A stretch of 63,847 nt of DNA, filler included, from Choristocarpus tenellus KU-1152 (lineage: Eukaryota; Protista; Phaeophyceae), in NCBI GenBank assembly GCA_964200185.2. It is 11 parts of 11 records of this genome, joined end to end, with 100 filler letters (N's around TTAATTAATTAA, not from the genome) between each part and the next. Parts side by side here need not be neighbours in the genome. Positions count along the whole stretch, not along the records: positions 50,474 to 55,512 come from CAXNAD020012084.1; positions 55,613 to 60,113 come from CAXNAD020014264.1; positions 60,214 to 63,847 come from CAXNAD020018828.1; 8 more parts are not named here. One strand, 5' to 3'. Numbering within the stretch: the stretch's first letter is position 1; the number at the start of each line of letters is the position of its first letter. This document shows, one piece after another, positions 51,127 to 63,847 of this stretch. A model generated the notes under the pieces. It did not search any database, had not been told where the DNA came from, and saw only the letters and a list, made by a program, of their open reading frames with translations. The translations under genes and the position numbers were made by a program.

Positions 51127-52790
51127 TAAGTTTGGTGTGAGTTATCCAACTCCCGCCAGTCTCGGACTGTTTTTGGGGTAGGGTTACAAGCTTCAAGGCT
51201 ATCCCATTGGATCCAACTCAGATGTAGACTCTTGACGATTGCGTTGTGGATAGAATGGTGAACATAAACCCTACTCCAGGAAATAGTATCCTGTGCTGCA
51301 CCATGCTATTCATATTCAAGGCAGACGGGGCGCAATGACGCACACAGCTAGCTAAAGAGGCGTATCAAAACTATGATGTTCAACTGGGGTCCCCATAGCT
51401 CAGTGGGTAATCACCGTCTCTTGCCAAGTGAGGAATAGATTTGAACCAGATCGGCATCGGAGTATCTCGTTTCAGTGACCCACTTTCAGTGACCCACGTG
51501 GTAAATACTATATTTTTGGTAGGATGTCTGATCCCAAGGCACAAGGAAACAAGCAAGGAACACACAGGCCCGTGCAATAAGTCTTAGTGAAACAGCTGTT
51601 TGTAGTTGGTAAGAAACAGTGCAATGTGTAGTGCATCTGTCCACAGGTCAAGGCTGGGTAGGGTTGAGCTATGCTCCTGTCCTAGTCTGAGACCAAACCA
51701 CAGATAACAATTGTCGTAACAACATAAATGTTAAGGAATGATTCCCGAGCAGGTTGAGGGGACCAATTGGTTGTAAGGCAGAAAGTGGGAGTGGAGTAAG
51801 AGTTGATGCCTGTGGTGAAAAAAATTGTAGAGATAAGATATTTTTCATGTTATAGAAACTCAAGCTAGGCGAGGACTGTCTTAAGCTAAGGGTATTGGCC
51901 GACCAAGAGAGGGTGGTTGGCTTCGGGAAAGGAGATTTCTGTAGTACCTGTTGAGAGATCAGTCTAATAGTTTTTTCTAAGGGGTTAGTGTTCTGCTTAT
52001 AGAAACGAAGAATAATGAACGTCACTTCAGACAAAACGAAAATCTGAGGGGAATGGACGTAAGTCAAGTGTAGCACTCTTGTATTCAAACAGGGTATGGG
52101 GAAGTCAGGCCTCTAGTCTCTTTTCAACAGTATAGCGAGCACATACTTGTGAATATATTGAAACGTGTTTCGCAGCTTGAAGGCGGGGCAGCAATAGGTT
52201 CGGTAGTGGATAGGTTTGGAGGTAGGGGAACAGTTTTCGAGGGAGTTGGAATCAAGATAGAATGTTTAGTGGGTCGATGAGCGAAGCTGTTTCAATGCTC
52301 TTTGTTGATGTAAGATTCCGTTTAGGCCAAGGACTATTGTCAGACAAAACTAGAGTACTAGCCTGTACCAAATACTCGAGGATGATATACCTGAGCTGAC
52401 GGCACTTTCCTCTTGTCGATATAGTGATTGATCAGCCTATCCCACGTTTCAAAAGGAAGGGATGCATTGGGCGTGAAGGAGTCGGCCTCCTTCCGCCAAC
52501 GCCTCCCTGTTGCAAAGTACCACCCACAAAGCACAGCCTGTTTGGTGTGGAGAGCCTCCACCTTGGTGTATTGATACAGCAGCCACTTCCACCTTCGCCT
52601 CCTTGCAGTGTATCTTATCAAAGAATGACAACAGCAGAGTTTAATCAGTAGATGGAGGACACTCCTTCACCCAGTGATGCACTAAGTTCCCTTCCCTGGG
52701 CATGTGACTAATCTCATGGATGGGTTACCGGCTTCAGAGTACTACAAGAAGTCATCGGACCCCACAAGATCAAGCTTTGTGACTCGTTAT

Positions 52791-52807
52791 ACCACAAAGC
52801 TATCTAT

Positions 52808-52864
<57 letters not shown>

Positions 52865-52901
52865 ACTCTTATTTGTCCATCCTTACCACAAAGCTATCTT
52901 G

Positions 52902-52975
<74 letters not shown>

Positions 52976-52991
52976 TATTTGTCCATCCTTA
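52791..52991 (+). repeat. Duplicated (CT)n(CA)n compound microsatellite cassette
   Basis: TACCACAAAGCTATCT-(CT)n(CA)n-CTCTTATTTGTCCATCCTTA is present twice in tandem. Confidence 0.9.
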
Positions 52992-55900
52992 GAATGTGAG
53001 TATCTTGCCTCTCGGTTGTACAAGCTTGCTATATCCGGCATTTGTTCGACTTTTTCTGTCAGTATACACATCCCCAAGAACATATTGACAGAAACCTCAC
53101 TTAAATGTCCATGGGCTAGGGTTTAGGTTTAGGTCAGAGTGAGCTCTGATAGGTATTAACAGCGTTCCAGGGGCATTCCAGATCTTACCCCAAGGCACTG
53201 AGGTAGTGTGTGGAGAGGGCACCAAAACCAAGGTAGATTATACACAAAATATGGAGTAATCTTAAGGTCCAAATAGAGGCTTAGTATATTTTCGTGAGGT
53301 ATTCCTCTGAAAGAAATACAGAATGGCACCATGGGCACAGACAATCTTAGTCCCGTGTGAGGATCACCTCCTCAGTTCTGCAACAGCAATAACAAGCATA
53401 GGATTGCTCCCTGAATACCAGTAGATGGGACTACACTGGAGACAAGATGCACATATGTGAAACTTCTTCTGTGAGATAGGTAGTATTAGCCATGAGAGGA
53501 TTAGTGCTGACAGTAGATGAGAAAAATTCTTTGCAAAACTAGGGGTAGACAGGATGACATTAGCAGGTAACGTCGCTATGCACAGGAACTAGTAAGATCG
53601 ACATGACGTTGAGGTCAAAAATGGGTCCACCCATCAAATCAGGATTAGCTTTGATGAGATGTATCCATGGTTGAGACATCCTCAAGGTTAAGGTGACTTC
53701 ATTGAGCAGTATAGCATACGGTATTCGAGGAAAACCAACCCCGAGTCTCATAAAAACGTGCAATAGTATAAAACAATGCACATAGCTGATACCTAGAGGA
53801 GGTATGGCATAGAGTGAAGTTTGTGTAGTCACTGCCTGCTAATTTGTGACAGTGCGACCATTCAGGTGACTTAGAGGGTGAAATAGGAGACGTCCCAGGA
53901 AGATTTGCCGGCATGTATTACTTCTAAGACCCACCTCTTCCAGGACTGCCAAGCCAGCATGGCAAACAAATGTGCTGTTTGGCCCTTGAAGACATAGCAC
54001 ACCTGGACAGCTTCATAAAACTTGGGGGACAGTAGGATCCTGGATGTATTGTATATCTCCATAACCTTTGGTTTTCAATTCATGAGAGCATCGGGTATTC
54101 GTTTTGACCAGGTTAAAATTGGAGGGTCTTTTTCTCACTTCATGAATAGTGTTGAGGACATGATTGGTGGCAAGGGATTGGGTTAGGAAAAATAATGTCA
54201 CAGCAAAAACGTCGGGGATATGATATCGCACTGATGGGACATGTGGATTTAGAACAAACAGGGCAGGACAAAAAAAGTGATTGGAGCACGACTATCAGGA
54301 CACAGCAATGGAATGAGGGGCGTGAGAAAGGGATTCAAGCCATGTGATGTGCTCTTGTTGTGTATGGGTCTGCCTCATCTATATTTAGGTGTAGATTTAG
54401 GTTTGGGTTCAGATCGAGAGGTTTTGATAGATATTTTCACCTAGAACAACATGGTGCTCAATACTAACTTAGCCCTTGAAAACTTAGTCAAGTCTGGTCT
54501 ATAATATCCCTTTTTCAGGAAGGTGGCCAGAGCCCATGAGGTCCATGTTTGGAGTAGGTACTACGACCACAATAGAAACCACCTGAGGAAGTGCAGAGAC
54601 CCATTGGTGTAGCCAATCCTGTCACAGCAACTCACTGGTGGTATACAATAGTGCAGCAAACATCAACACCAGTGTGCACACATTTCTAAGAATAGATGCT
54701 ATCAAAGCAAACATGCTCTTGCGACACCATCATCATCAGGATCATCTAACAGTGTATAGTGTCCGCTCTGCTGTACAAGATGGCAATTGAGGCCAATTGC
54801 TCCCTGTAACATTCATCGTCCTGGACAATGCTTGGGACCAATTGGTCCATATCATCCTATATCCCATAGTCTGTACCAAAGTGTTCGGTCAGTGCTTCAT
54901 TCGTTGTTCAACACACATGGCTGTGTGGAACACATTCTCTCAGGATCTTGTCACCTGCTACTGACATTCTTGAGTAAGGTGCAGCTGTGGAGGTGGCATC
55001 CAGATTTCAGGATATTATCCAAACAAGGTTGGAATGTCAACTCTGACAAAGTTCATGAAATGGCTGAATTCAGACAACTCTAAATATTTCGACCTGCGCA
55101 TGTCACAGAGAGCCCTTAGTTCCACTGGTGTTCCTTGGGAATTATTATACTTTGATGTCAACATTATTTCTCAACAAATATCTCGACACATCTTGAGACT
55201 CCGTCTGTTGCACGACATGAGCGTAACGCAGAGTGCCACTGCATATTAGCATGGTGCTTGGAAACACTCTCATAGTTTATGTATTGATTCTATCTAGCAA
55301 AGTGGTCCGACCCATTGACTGTACGACATCTTGGGACCGTTTGCTCTAAAACGACCATTGTCCAGAAAATATTTTGTCGCATTCAACTCCAGAGCAATTG
55401 AGTTGCGTTATTCAAGCATTAGCTTCTCTGATGTGCGAATTCATTGCAGATCCCGCTTCTAATGAATCAAACATTCTGCGACCTGATGTCCATGGCCCAA
55501 AATATCTGGGGGNNNNNNNNNNNNNNNNNNNNNNNNNNNNNNNNNNNNNNNNNNNNTTAATTAATTAANNNNNNNNNNNNNNNNNNNNNNNNNNNNNNNN
55601 NNNNNNNNNNNNCCAAAATCGCGACATGAAAAAATTGACCCCAAATGGACAGCCACTACCCCCTCGCAGATACTTTGAGCCAGTATGGATCAAGTGATTT
55701 GCTCTGTCCTTTTTTGTCCTTCTTTTGAGGTCATTATCGTGAAGTATGCATATCTGTAAACATGTTGAAGAGTCTGCCCTGAAAGTTGTACCTCCCATGA
55801 GGGTAGGAAAAGAGAAAACAGTTAAGGGAGCAAGGTGCATAGTGATCTCCATTCCCTGTCAATGTTCCTCCTCATCTACAACCTCACTACCCTCCTGTTG

Positions 55901-58900
55901 CTGTTGCTTTTCTGATCTTGTGGGATATCACCGGTGAAGTCTACACCTGTCATCACTCGAACAATTCCCTAGCTGGACTCCATCATAATCATATTGGCAG
56001 GCGGAGCGAGGAATTGCGCAGGTGACCACTGCTACATCTTCAGACGTCTCTCTCCGACCGAATCCTGGCAACCAATCAACCATCAGTAGAGTCTGGGGTG
56101 AGCTGAGCTTTCCATGCTATCCTGCTGTTGACAGATGTAAGCTCATACTGTCGCTTAAACACACACAAGACTTTCTTGTCAAGATCCCGAGGGTGCCTTA
56201 AAGAGGGTGTTTGTCCTTGTCTGGACACGTTTTTTCTCCTCACGCCCATTCCTTTTTTGCAGGGGTGAGGTTCGCAACCGTAAACATAGCGGTTTGTTTC
56301 GAAACATAAGTTTGGGTTGAGGTACGACTACTTATGTGGAGGACTTGGGGATAGGATGAATGAATGAGCTGTCTGGAACATGTAGGGTGGTCTTTCCGAT
56401 AATTGCAGTGTGGACTTGTGCGTACAGGCACTCCAGACCTATTGAGGTCGGGGGAAAATCCTATTATATTTTCACTGCAGGTCATTGCTTATTAGGATCG
56501 TGTTTGCTCTCGAGTTGGTGGCAGAGAACTTGATGAATGTGCGAGGACATGCCTTTCCTCTTAACTACCTCAAAGTTGCTTCGTAATAGTGGAAGGTTAA
56601 GCATTCACAATGCCGTATGTGTTACGAGTATTCAAAACTTGGTACTGCCGTGCTTTTGACAGTTCATACACCATAATTTGACCCCTGGTTATTGCGAAAG
56701 CAAAAATAGCGATCTTTCAAATTCGTTTTCCAGGCATGTAGACATTTATCCACATAATGAGACTAAGGATAAATATAACTTTTTGAGGATCAACTGAAAG
56801 GGTGTGAGGGGGCATATCAGAATCTGACGAACCGAGCACAAATATATGATGCTCCCTCACCCTATTATATGGAGAAACAATATTTTTTTTCTCTTCTGAG
56901 TTCTGCCATTTTATAGCTATACCACATTTCCTTGGATGTTGAATTGCTCTGATCAAGAGGATCATATTCAGTATAATTGCAAAGTTGCGACGATCCCCAC
57001 CCAACGGTTCTCTTCTTCAGATCAGGTTGAACGATAGTAGATCTGTACTGCGTGGTCTCTATCCCCAAACCACGAAGACTTGCACTGGTTCAGTCATTCC
57101 ACGCAAGAATTGGTTTTATGAATACTTGAATGCTCCATCCAGGTGACTCACGGAATTCATATCCGAAGAAGTTGATGAAATTCACAAATACGCTGGAGGT
57201 AAGGTCACATTTGAGGCGCCAGGTGTTCCCCTCTGTATTCGTGTTGGAGCAACATGAAGCGCAGTATACTCCAAGCTCTTTGACCTCGTTATATTGCTGT
57301 ATTATATATATTTTGCAGATGGAATAGTAAAGATATTGATGAGACTCATGAATTAATGTGTGGACGAGACCAACAAACTTACTTTGATCTCAACACGAGG
57401 AAGGGCTCCGAAAATTACACCAACAATTGCATACTTAGGCTTGGACATTTGATAGGACGGTTAAGGTCCACGGTCTACAAAGGATGATGATCGTTGACTA
57501 ACACCATGCACTTTACTCTTCCCCATATACCGCAACTTACAATCAAGTAGTCATCCTCCCAGCCATCCTCGGTAGTGCCGCATGTTCCAACATTGAAACC
57601 ACCGAAGCAGTCCAACATAACCTCGGCGAAAGAAGCAATACTGCTGGATTCATATACTCCTCCGTAAATCGCCGTGGTGGGCACTGTGGTAAGTGGAGTT
57701 CCTAATGTGATGAGTCCAGCGAATAGAGCAATAGAAAAGGCAATCTTGACCCGCTCTTGTCGCTCATAGAATAGAAATACTACCCATTCTCGAATTCTCT
57801 TTCTCATTTCTGGAGGAATATATGTTAAGTCCCTTAAAGGGTCACACGATCATTTAAAATACATGAAACGTAAGGAACTGGTTACGACCAAAAGTGTGTC
57901 CATAGGTTTGCAAGGGGTTTGCATATATGAGGCTTGTTTTTACATGGCACCTTTGAATGTAAGTGTTACTAGTTTAGTTCGAGTTGACAATCAGGCTTCT
58001 CTACTCTTTAAGGGGGGGAGAGCATTGTAGAGACTTGACAGACCTTCAAAAGGTGAGGTTGGATCTCTGAAGGATGGCCTTGCGCTGCAAGCGTTTGAAG
58101 AATGCCTGGATTGGAATGGTGGAGATCTGAGTCGTGGAAGTGGAGAACAAAGATGCACTTCATTATCTGAATCAACAGTCCGACAAGTAACAGACCAAGC
58201 GACGATAGTGTGTTCTCTTGGTGGAGAATAGTTGAGGGTGATGTGGAGCAACCTGAGCCTTGGCGGGCTCGTTGATGCCGCAAGCAAGATTAGGGTGAGT
58301 CTGCAGTAGTTTTCAAAGTACCTCAGGCATGTTGCGCAGATGGCCCTTCTACCCTGTCACAATTGAAGCTGATACCTACTGGAAGACCATATGCCATCAG
58401 TGCGCAGGGAGAGTTGGGAGAAAATATAATCAGTTGGTTAGAGGGGTTCAGGTTTGCTACCATTGTTTCTTCTATCGCTGATGGAGCAAGTGGTTATTCT
58501 GGTGTAGATAGGCGTCAACCGTGATGATGCATATGCTCCGACGTGGGTGCATCTTCAAAAATTGGTACCCAGTACTTTCGCCATAACACTTCTTCAAGTG
58601 CTTAGCATCTTTCAGCGAGCAGTCAGACATGCCATCCCTGAAACACTGTGCTCTTTGTCCAATGTCTCGTACAAGGATGGCATCGAGGCACAGATGGACG
58701 AGGCAATGACGCAGGGAGGACCCAACGTATCGGGATCCTCTGGTGCTGCGCATACTTCCAATAAGTTCGGCACGGGAGAGGAAGCAACAGACAGCCATGA
58801 GGCCAATAAGGCAGTCATGGGACTCTCAGGACGGGATGGCATCATCACTGCGGGAAATCGATCCCACGGGATGGAAAGGTGCTCGACTCTACAGTTTAAA

Positions 58901-59999
58901 CATTGTGCTATGCTTGTTGTCAGACTTCATACTATGATTGAGTACGTCTGGGAATACCCTTCCAACATTACAGTCAAGTCCATCGCATTTCATCCTGCCG
59001 ACAACAGAGACTTAGAACAGAGCAAGAGTCAAGAGCAAAGTAAGGCGGATAAATTTCTGCAGATAGAAAGTGTCACTGTTTCGATATAATGATTTGTCGA
59101 GGATGTGTTTTTTGTACTGGACTTCGTAACTGATGGCTGCAGATAAATAAGCAAATGGGTGTGGATTTGTGTCAATCTTGTTGTTCCTTCTTCAAATGCC
59201 CCTTCCTCCAAGTTTTGGTGGCATCCACATCGACTTTTTTTCCACTCTCTGAGTCTTGTGTAGTCATCTTGGACACTCTCCGTGCCACATGACCATGCTA
59301 CCAACATCTCACGGGTACTTAGGTTCATATCCTGTGGGTTACGGACAACAGTGGAACATAGTTCTTGTACCTGGTAAATACTGCATACATTGTGCTAGTA
59401 CCACTTGTACCATTTCATTTGAGCTACCGTATTGTCACCCACGTACCATTGGGCATACTGCCTGCCAAAGTATTTTGCTCATTAGACCATTCTCTAACAC
59501 AACTGCGCCACCCAGGCAAGAGATATCAGATTTCTGTTTGCTACACCCAACGCTACACCCAAGAGGTATCAGCATATTCTCGTAAGAGACCTAGCTACTC
59601 AGACCCAGAACAAGAAATCGGGGTTGTTCCTCTAAGAATGCGCCACATTGCTTCATACTATGTTCTTGAGTGCTTTTTTGTTGTTGCTTAGTTTACATGG
59701 CATTCTAAAACTCCCTTCATCTGTTACAAGTGGCATCCACTTTTTTTTTGGGATGCAGGTGGTGTTGTGGTGGTATGTACAGGTTTCTAGGGGCAAGTTT
59801 TTTTGACTGAGCGAACGGGATGTGATTGAACAAGAGCATTTGCGCAACGTCTTGACCAGATCGATACCTGACTCAGTCTTGCTCTCATTGACATCTCTCC
59901 CTCCCCAACAAGAAGGTGATTGCTGCTGCGGCTCATACTTCCAGCAGTAGGGAATCCCCGCCCTCTCCACTCTCTCTTCAAATATTTTTTATATGTCTA

Positions 60000-60044
<45 letters not shown>

Positions 60045-63000
60045 CGCGGGGTGGGGGGGGGGTTAACGAGGGGAGGTATTTGTGGAGGGGGGGGGGGGTG
60101 CGGGGGGGTGTGGNNNNNNNNNNNNNNNNNNNNNNNNNNNNNNNNNNNNNNNNNNNNTTAATTAATTAANNNNNNNNNNNNNNNNNNNNNNNNNNNNNNN
60201 NNNNNNNNNNNNNATGGATAATGTAAGTGCACTTTTCCTGATTTTGACCCAAATGGACACCCTTGTGTAGACCCCCCCCTCCCCCCCTAGTTACCTTGGG
60301 TCGTATCATTGTTATCATGATCGTTGTTATCATTGTCGTTGTTATCGTTTCCATTGTTGGCATGGTCTTTGTTGTCATTATTTTTTTATATGTATTGTGA
60401 GACTAACTGTTCACATATTATGTCTAACTGTTTACATATGTCTAACTCTTCACAGACAGGTCGTGCGGGAGTACCACCCAATTTGTAGTGTAACGCGCAA
60501 GGATTGGTCTTCAATGACCTAGAAAAGGGGCATCAGGATGTAATTGAAGATCTTTCACTCTTTTTGTTCCCACCTTTTTTAGGGAATTATAATTCTTCTG
60601 CTTTCGATCAAGTCATGGTTCCACAGTGTTGATATCAATTTCGGTGCTTACGAAAAGACAGCGCTTGTTTCACCCGTGGTTGCATCCTCCCCTTTCTCGG
60701 TGACAACTTAACTCAAGATGAAGTCCCATGGTTACACATCGAGCGAACCAAAGGACTTGCAATGAGTGTCAAGTCGGACTTCTAAGGGTCCATTTGTGCT
60801 TATCGCCATTCAACCTGTATGCGCTACAAGTAAGTGTGTAAGGTCGTCAAGTTCATTGTTTTTAATGGTCTGCGCCAACAACACACAAGTAAGTGAATAT
60901 TACACCTACAAATTCGACTTACTATATACGGAGTATTCCCACATTATTGTTGCTTCAAGTACTAAAACTTTGGATATGTACACAAGCATGTACTTCCTAT
61001 AATTATTCTAGTATTGAAGTAGAAGTACTATTATAGCATTATTAGCACTAATAGTACCAATACTAAGGCTTCCTATTTATTTCCTGATGATGCACCTACC
61101 AACAAGGAGAATGCTATTTTTGAAATTACAAAATTGCGTCCGCCTCTCAGGTGAAATTTCAACCATATCATTTTATACATCATGCTCGTTTCAGATCAAG
61201 TGATCAAGTGAAAGGTTATTACTTCAAGTTCAACTACATAATTCAATATATAAAAATACTTAGTTGTTGACTTCGCCATTAAACTAGGGGAAATTTCTGC
61301 ATATCCTGATAGTCATCCGATTTTAAAAATATTGGGCAAGGGCACTATTAATATGATGGGAAAGTCCATACTTGGCGTTCAGGAAGATCTGCAGGAGTAG
61401 ATTCAGGGATTTGTGTAGGTATTTTTCATGGATCAAAGCCAATCTCGAGTTATGGATCCCACGCAAGGAGTCCTTGGATGACGAATGAGAAAAATAAAAT
61501 GTTGGGATAGGCCCAGTCTCAGAGGTGCCTGAAGAAGATGGGAAGCCAACCAAAGAAAGGGCAAAGACCCTGTAGAGACGAAGAAACAGGTAGTGTGTGC
61601 CACCATACGGAGTGCTCTAAGGTTAAGTGAAGCTGATGCAGAAAGTCAAGCGAGGAAAGTTAGGTTGGCCTTGGGAGAGCTGATTTCGGAGGGGTAGACA
61701 CACGTACAACTAATCATATACTACACATTGTTTTGTCATCGACAACCGTATTGGCTAAAACGAGGTGATGGTGGCTGTCAAATTCGGGGGGAAGTGGGAA
61801 AAGACAAAGTCTGCTACCTTGCGAAAACTTTAGGGAAGGGGACATCATGAGTACTTCCGGGGTTGGGAGGGAGAACATTCAAGTGGACTCAGAGAAGAAG
61901 TGCAATCTCATTAAACCATAGCTTGCCCAGATGGAATTCTACATCTATACTACACAACAATCGTTGGGAAATGTCGTGTTCCGTCAGGATTTGTTGGGTC
62001 GGGTAAATGGGCTGGAACATTTATCAAAGGGTCTCTGTCGTACATCCTGAAACCTGGGCTATGAGGTGGAAGTTATGGTGAAAGATGGCAAAAGTGACGC
62101 TGTCAAGGCTGACGGCTCTGAGCCTGTAATGTAATCATTATTATTGGCTCACCTTTAGTTTGGAACATCTCCGGTACCTCCACCCTACCAAGCCCCTACT
62201 GTAACGAATGTCAAAAGATGACCCAGCAATTCTCAGAGTATTTCCAACCAACCATTTGTACTGCCAAACGTGACAATTTGAGCCACCAAAAACATATCCT
62301 TAGATTTATGTCTGTGTATATCATCAGCCTTCCAATGACATACTCCGGAATGGGTTCCATGGCATCAATAGACAAAACAATAGACCCAATATGAAAACAA
62401 TAAAATACCACCAAAAAACAGGAAGCTCCCCTTATCCAGATTGTGCGCCCTAGTGCACGCTGTACTGTGAGTTGAAGGGACTATAATAGCTTAATCGATG
62501 CGTTATTACGTCAGCTTTAATTCAATATATGTGTATGTATACATTACATTTGATGGGATGAATCCACCTGTGACGGATTTTACAACATTTTGAACGCCTT
62601 CACAGCCTACTTTTTTGGGTTAAGAGTATTTCTCCAACTTGATTCCTCAAAAGATCCAACCCCAAGCTCTCTGCCTTTCCCCCAGGTTTCCAAACATAGT
62701 TCGTTTGTTGACAAACTCGAGAAATTCCTGGAGAGTTTTTCCGTTTGTCCTACTTACCAGTTGCATCCGCATTAGATGACAGTAGTTAGACATTGTGGTG
62801 GCATATCGTGATAGTACTGCAGGGTATATACTGCATGCCGCAATGACTTGAGGTGCAATATACTGGTCGTTAAACTTTCTAAGCAAACAAAAAATAATAA
62901 TACATTTATTCTGTTCATAGATACAGCTAGGGTCAGGGTAGTACCATGTGAAGTAAAATAGGAACATATTATTATTTACTACTGGTCATACCCCAAACAA

Positions 63001-63782
63001 ACATTCACCCGAAGTACATAGTTCATGGGATATTATATCCCTTCCCTTCCTTGTTCTGCAAGCAATACAAAACAATTTCCCGTCTTTCAGGCACTACTGT
63101 GCCGTCGTTGTAGAATATCATACCATTATTGTACTACCACTACCCATTGTTACTATAGAGCACTTGCATTATTTACTCTGCATTGATGCTCGCTGCTAGT
63201 TCCATTACTCACTTCACTTCTGACACACTAGTTACTAGTAATAAGAGCACGCCTGGCCAACATAATACGGTCAGTATGGATTGGGGGTCTTGTGGTTCGA
63301 TGAGGGTTTGACAACCAAGCGCACTCCCCCACCCACATGTTACTGTGTATTACCAAAGGGTACTATCACGGCATTAATTTCAGTTGTTCTGCATGTTCCA
63401 GAGGATTATGCATTTTGCAGCTGGCCGATAGTTTTTGTTACACGATATAATTAAGGCAGACACAGTGTGTCTACCTTTGAGAGAGTGTGTTGCACACTCC
63501 GCCTTTTGAGGTCTCACCATGAATTGATCGGAACATTGGAAATGTTTTGATAACTCAGTTGGTTACAGAAAGATGGACCTAATATACATATTTGTCTTTT
63601 TTTAAATTAACCCTCCTAAAACCTCTTAAAAAGAACACAAATGTTCCTGAGAAACTTGCAAACCCTGCATCAGAGTGTGATAGATGCTCACCTAGCCAGC
63701 AGAAGACGCATCTATCTTTCCCTCCAAGCAGCACACATATGACAACCCCCCCTTGACTCTCTGCAGAATATTATCTCATTAA

Positions 63783-63847
63783 CAGCCTCTCAGCAAAATT
63801 GAGGATGGAGCATACCATGGAGGATGAGTTTGACCCAAAATGGTGCG
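63783..63847 (+). mobile_element. Repeat family B terminus at window end
   Basis: CAGCCTCTCAGCAAAATTGAGGATGGAGCATACCATGGAGGATGAGTTTGACCCAAAATGGTGCG. Confidence 0.65.

Noticed and set aside
60001-60113. Long poly-C followed by G-rich tract (hairpin or G-quadruplex candidate)
   Set aside because: It lies at a contig end after a long homopolymer, where base calls are unreliable. The same applies to 38377-38460 and 38860-38915.
13839-60213. Regularly recurring TTAATTAATTAA palindrome flanked by Ns
   Set aside because: It is a synthetic contig linker with stops in six frames, not biology. For the same reason LOX, NCAPG and the tRNA cannot be treated as a gene cluster.

Overview
This window is not one locus. 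It is 11 eukaryotic contigs (1-13838, 13939-18196, 18297-22277, 22378-31579, 31680-38276, 38377-44135, 44236-47289, 47390-50373, 50474-55512, 55613-60113, 60214-63847) joined by artificial 100-bp spacers (N44-TTAATTAATTAA-N44), so adjacency between contigs means nothing biologically. The DNA is intron-rich and repeat-rich. Hand splicing recovers four things: (i) a complete 19-exon, ~668-aa lipoxygenase on the minus strand, with a signal peptide plus transit-peptide-like N-terminus, no PLAT domain and two GC-AG introns; (ii) the first seven exons of condensin subunit CAP-G (NCAPG/Ycg1); (iii) the 5' exons of an unidentified gene carrying an F.G.RPGYVFK.G..GLGYY.D motif; (iv) a tRNA-Leu(CAG). 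The bipartite targeting signal and TTAGGG repeats suggest an ochrophyte alga, possibly a brown alga (inference). The rest consists of two TIR/MITE repeat families at which most contigs break, minisatellites and decayed coding-like DNA. The most unusual window-wide signal is dozens of short interstitial (TTAGGG)2-10 patches in introns and repeats. One of them appears to have overwritten part of a MITE copy.
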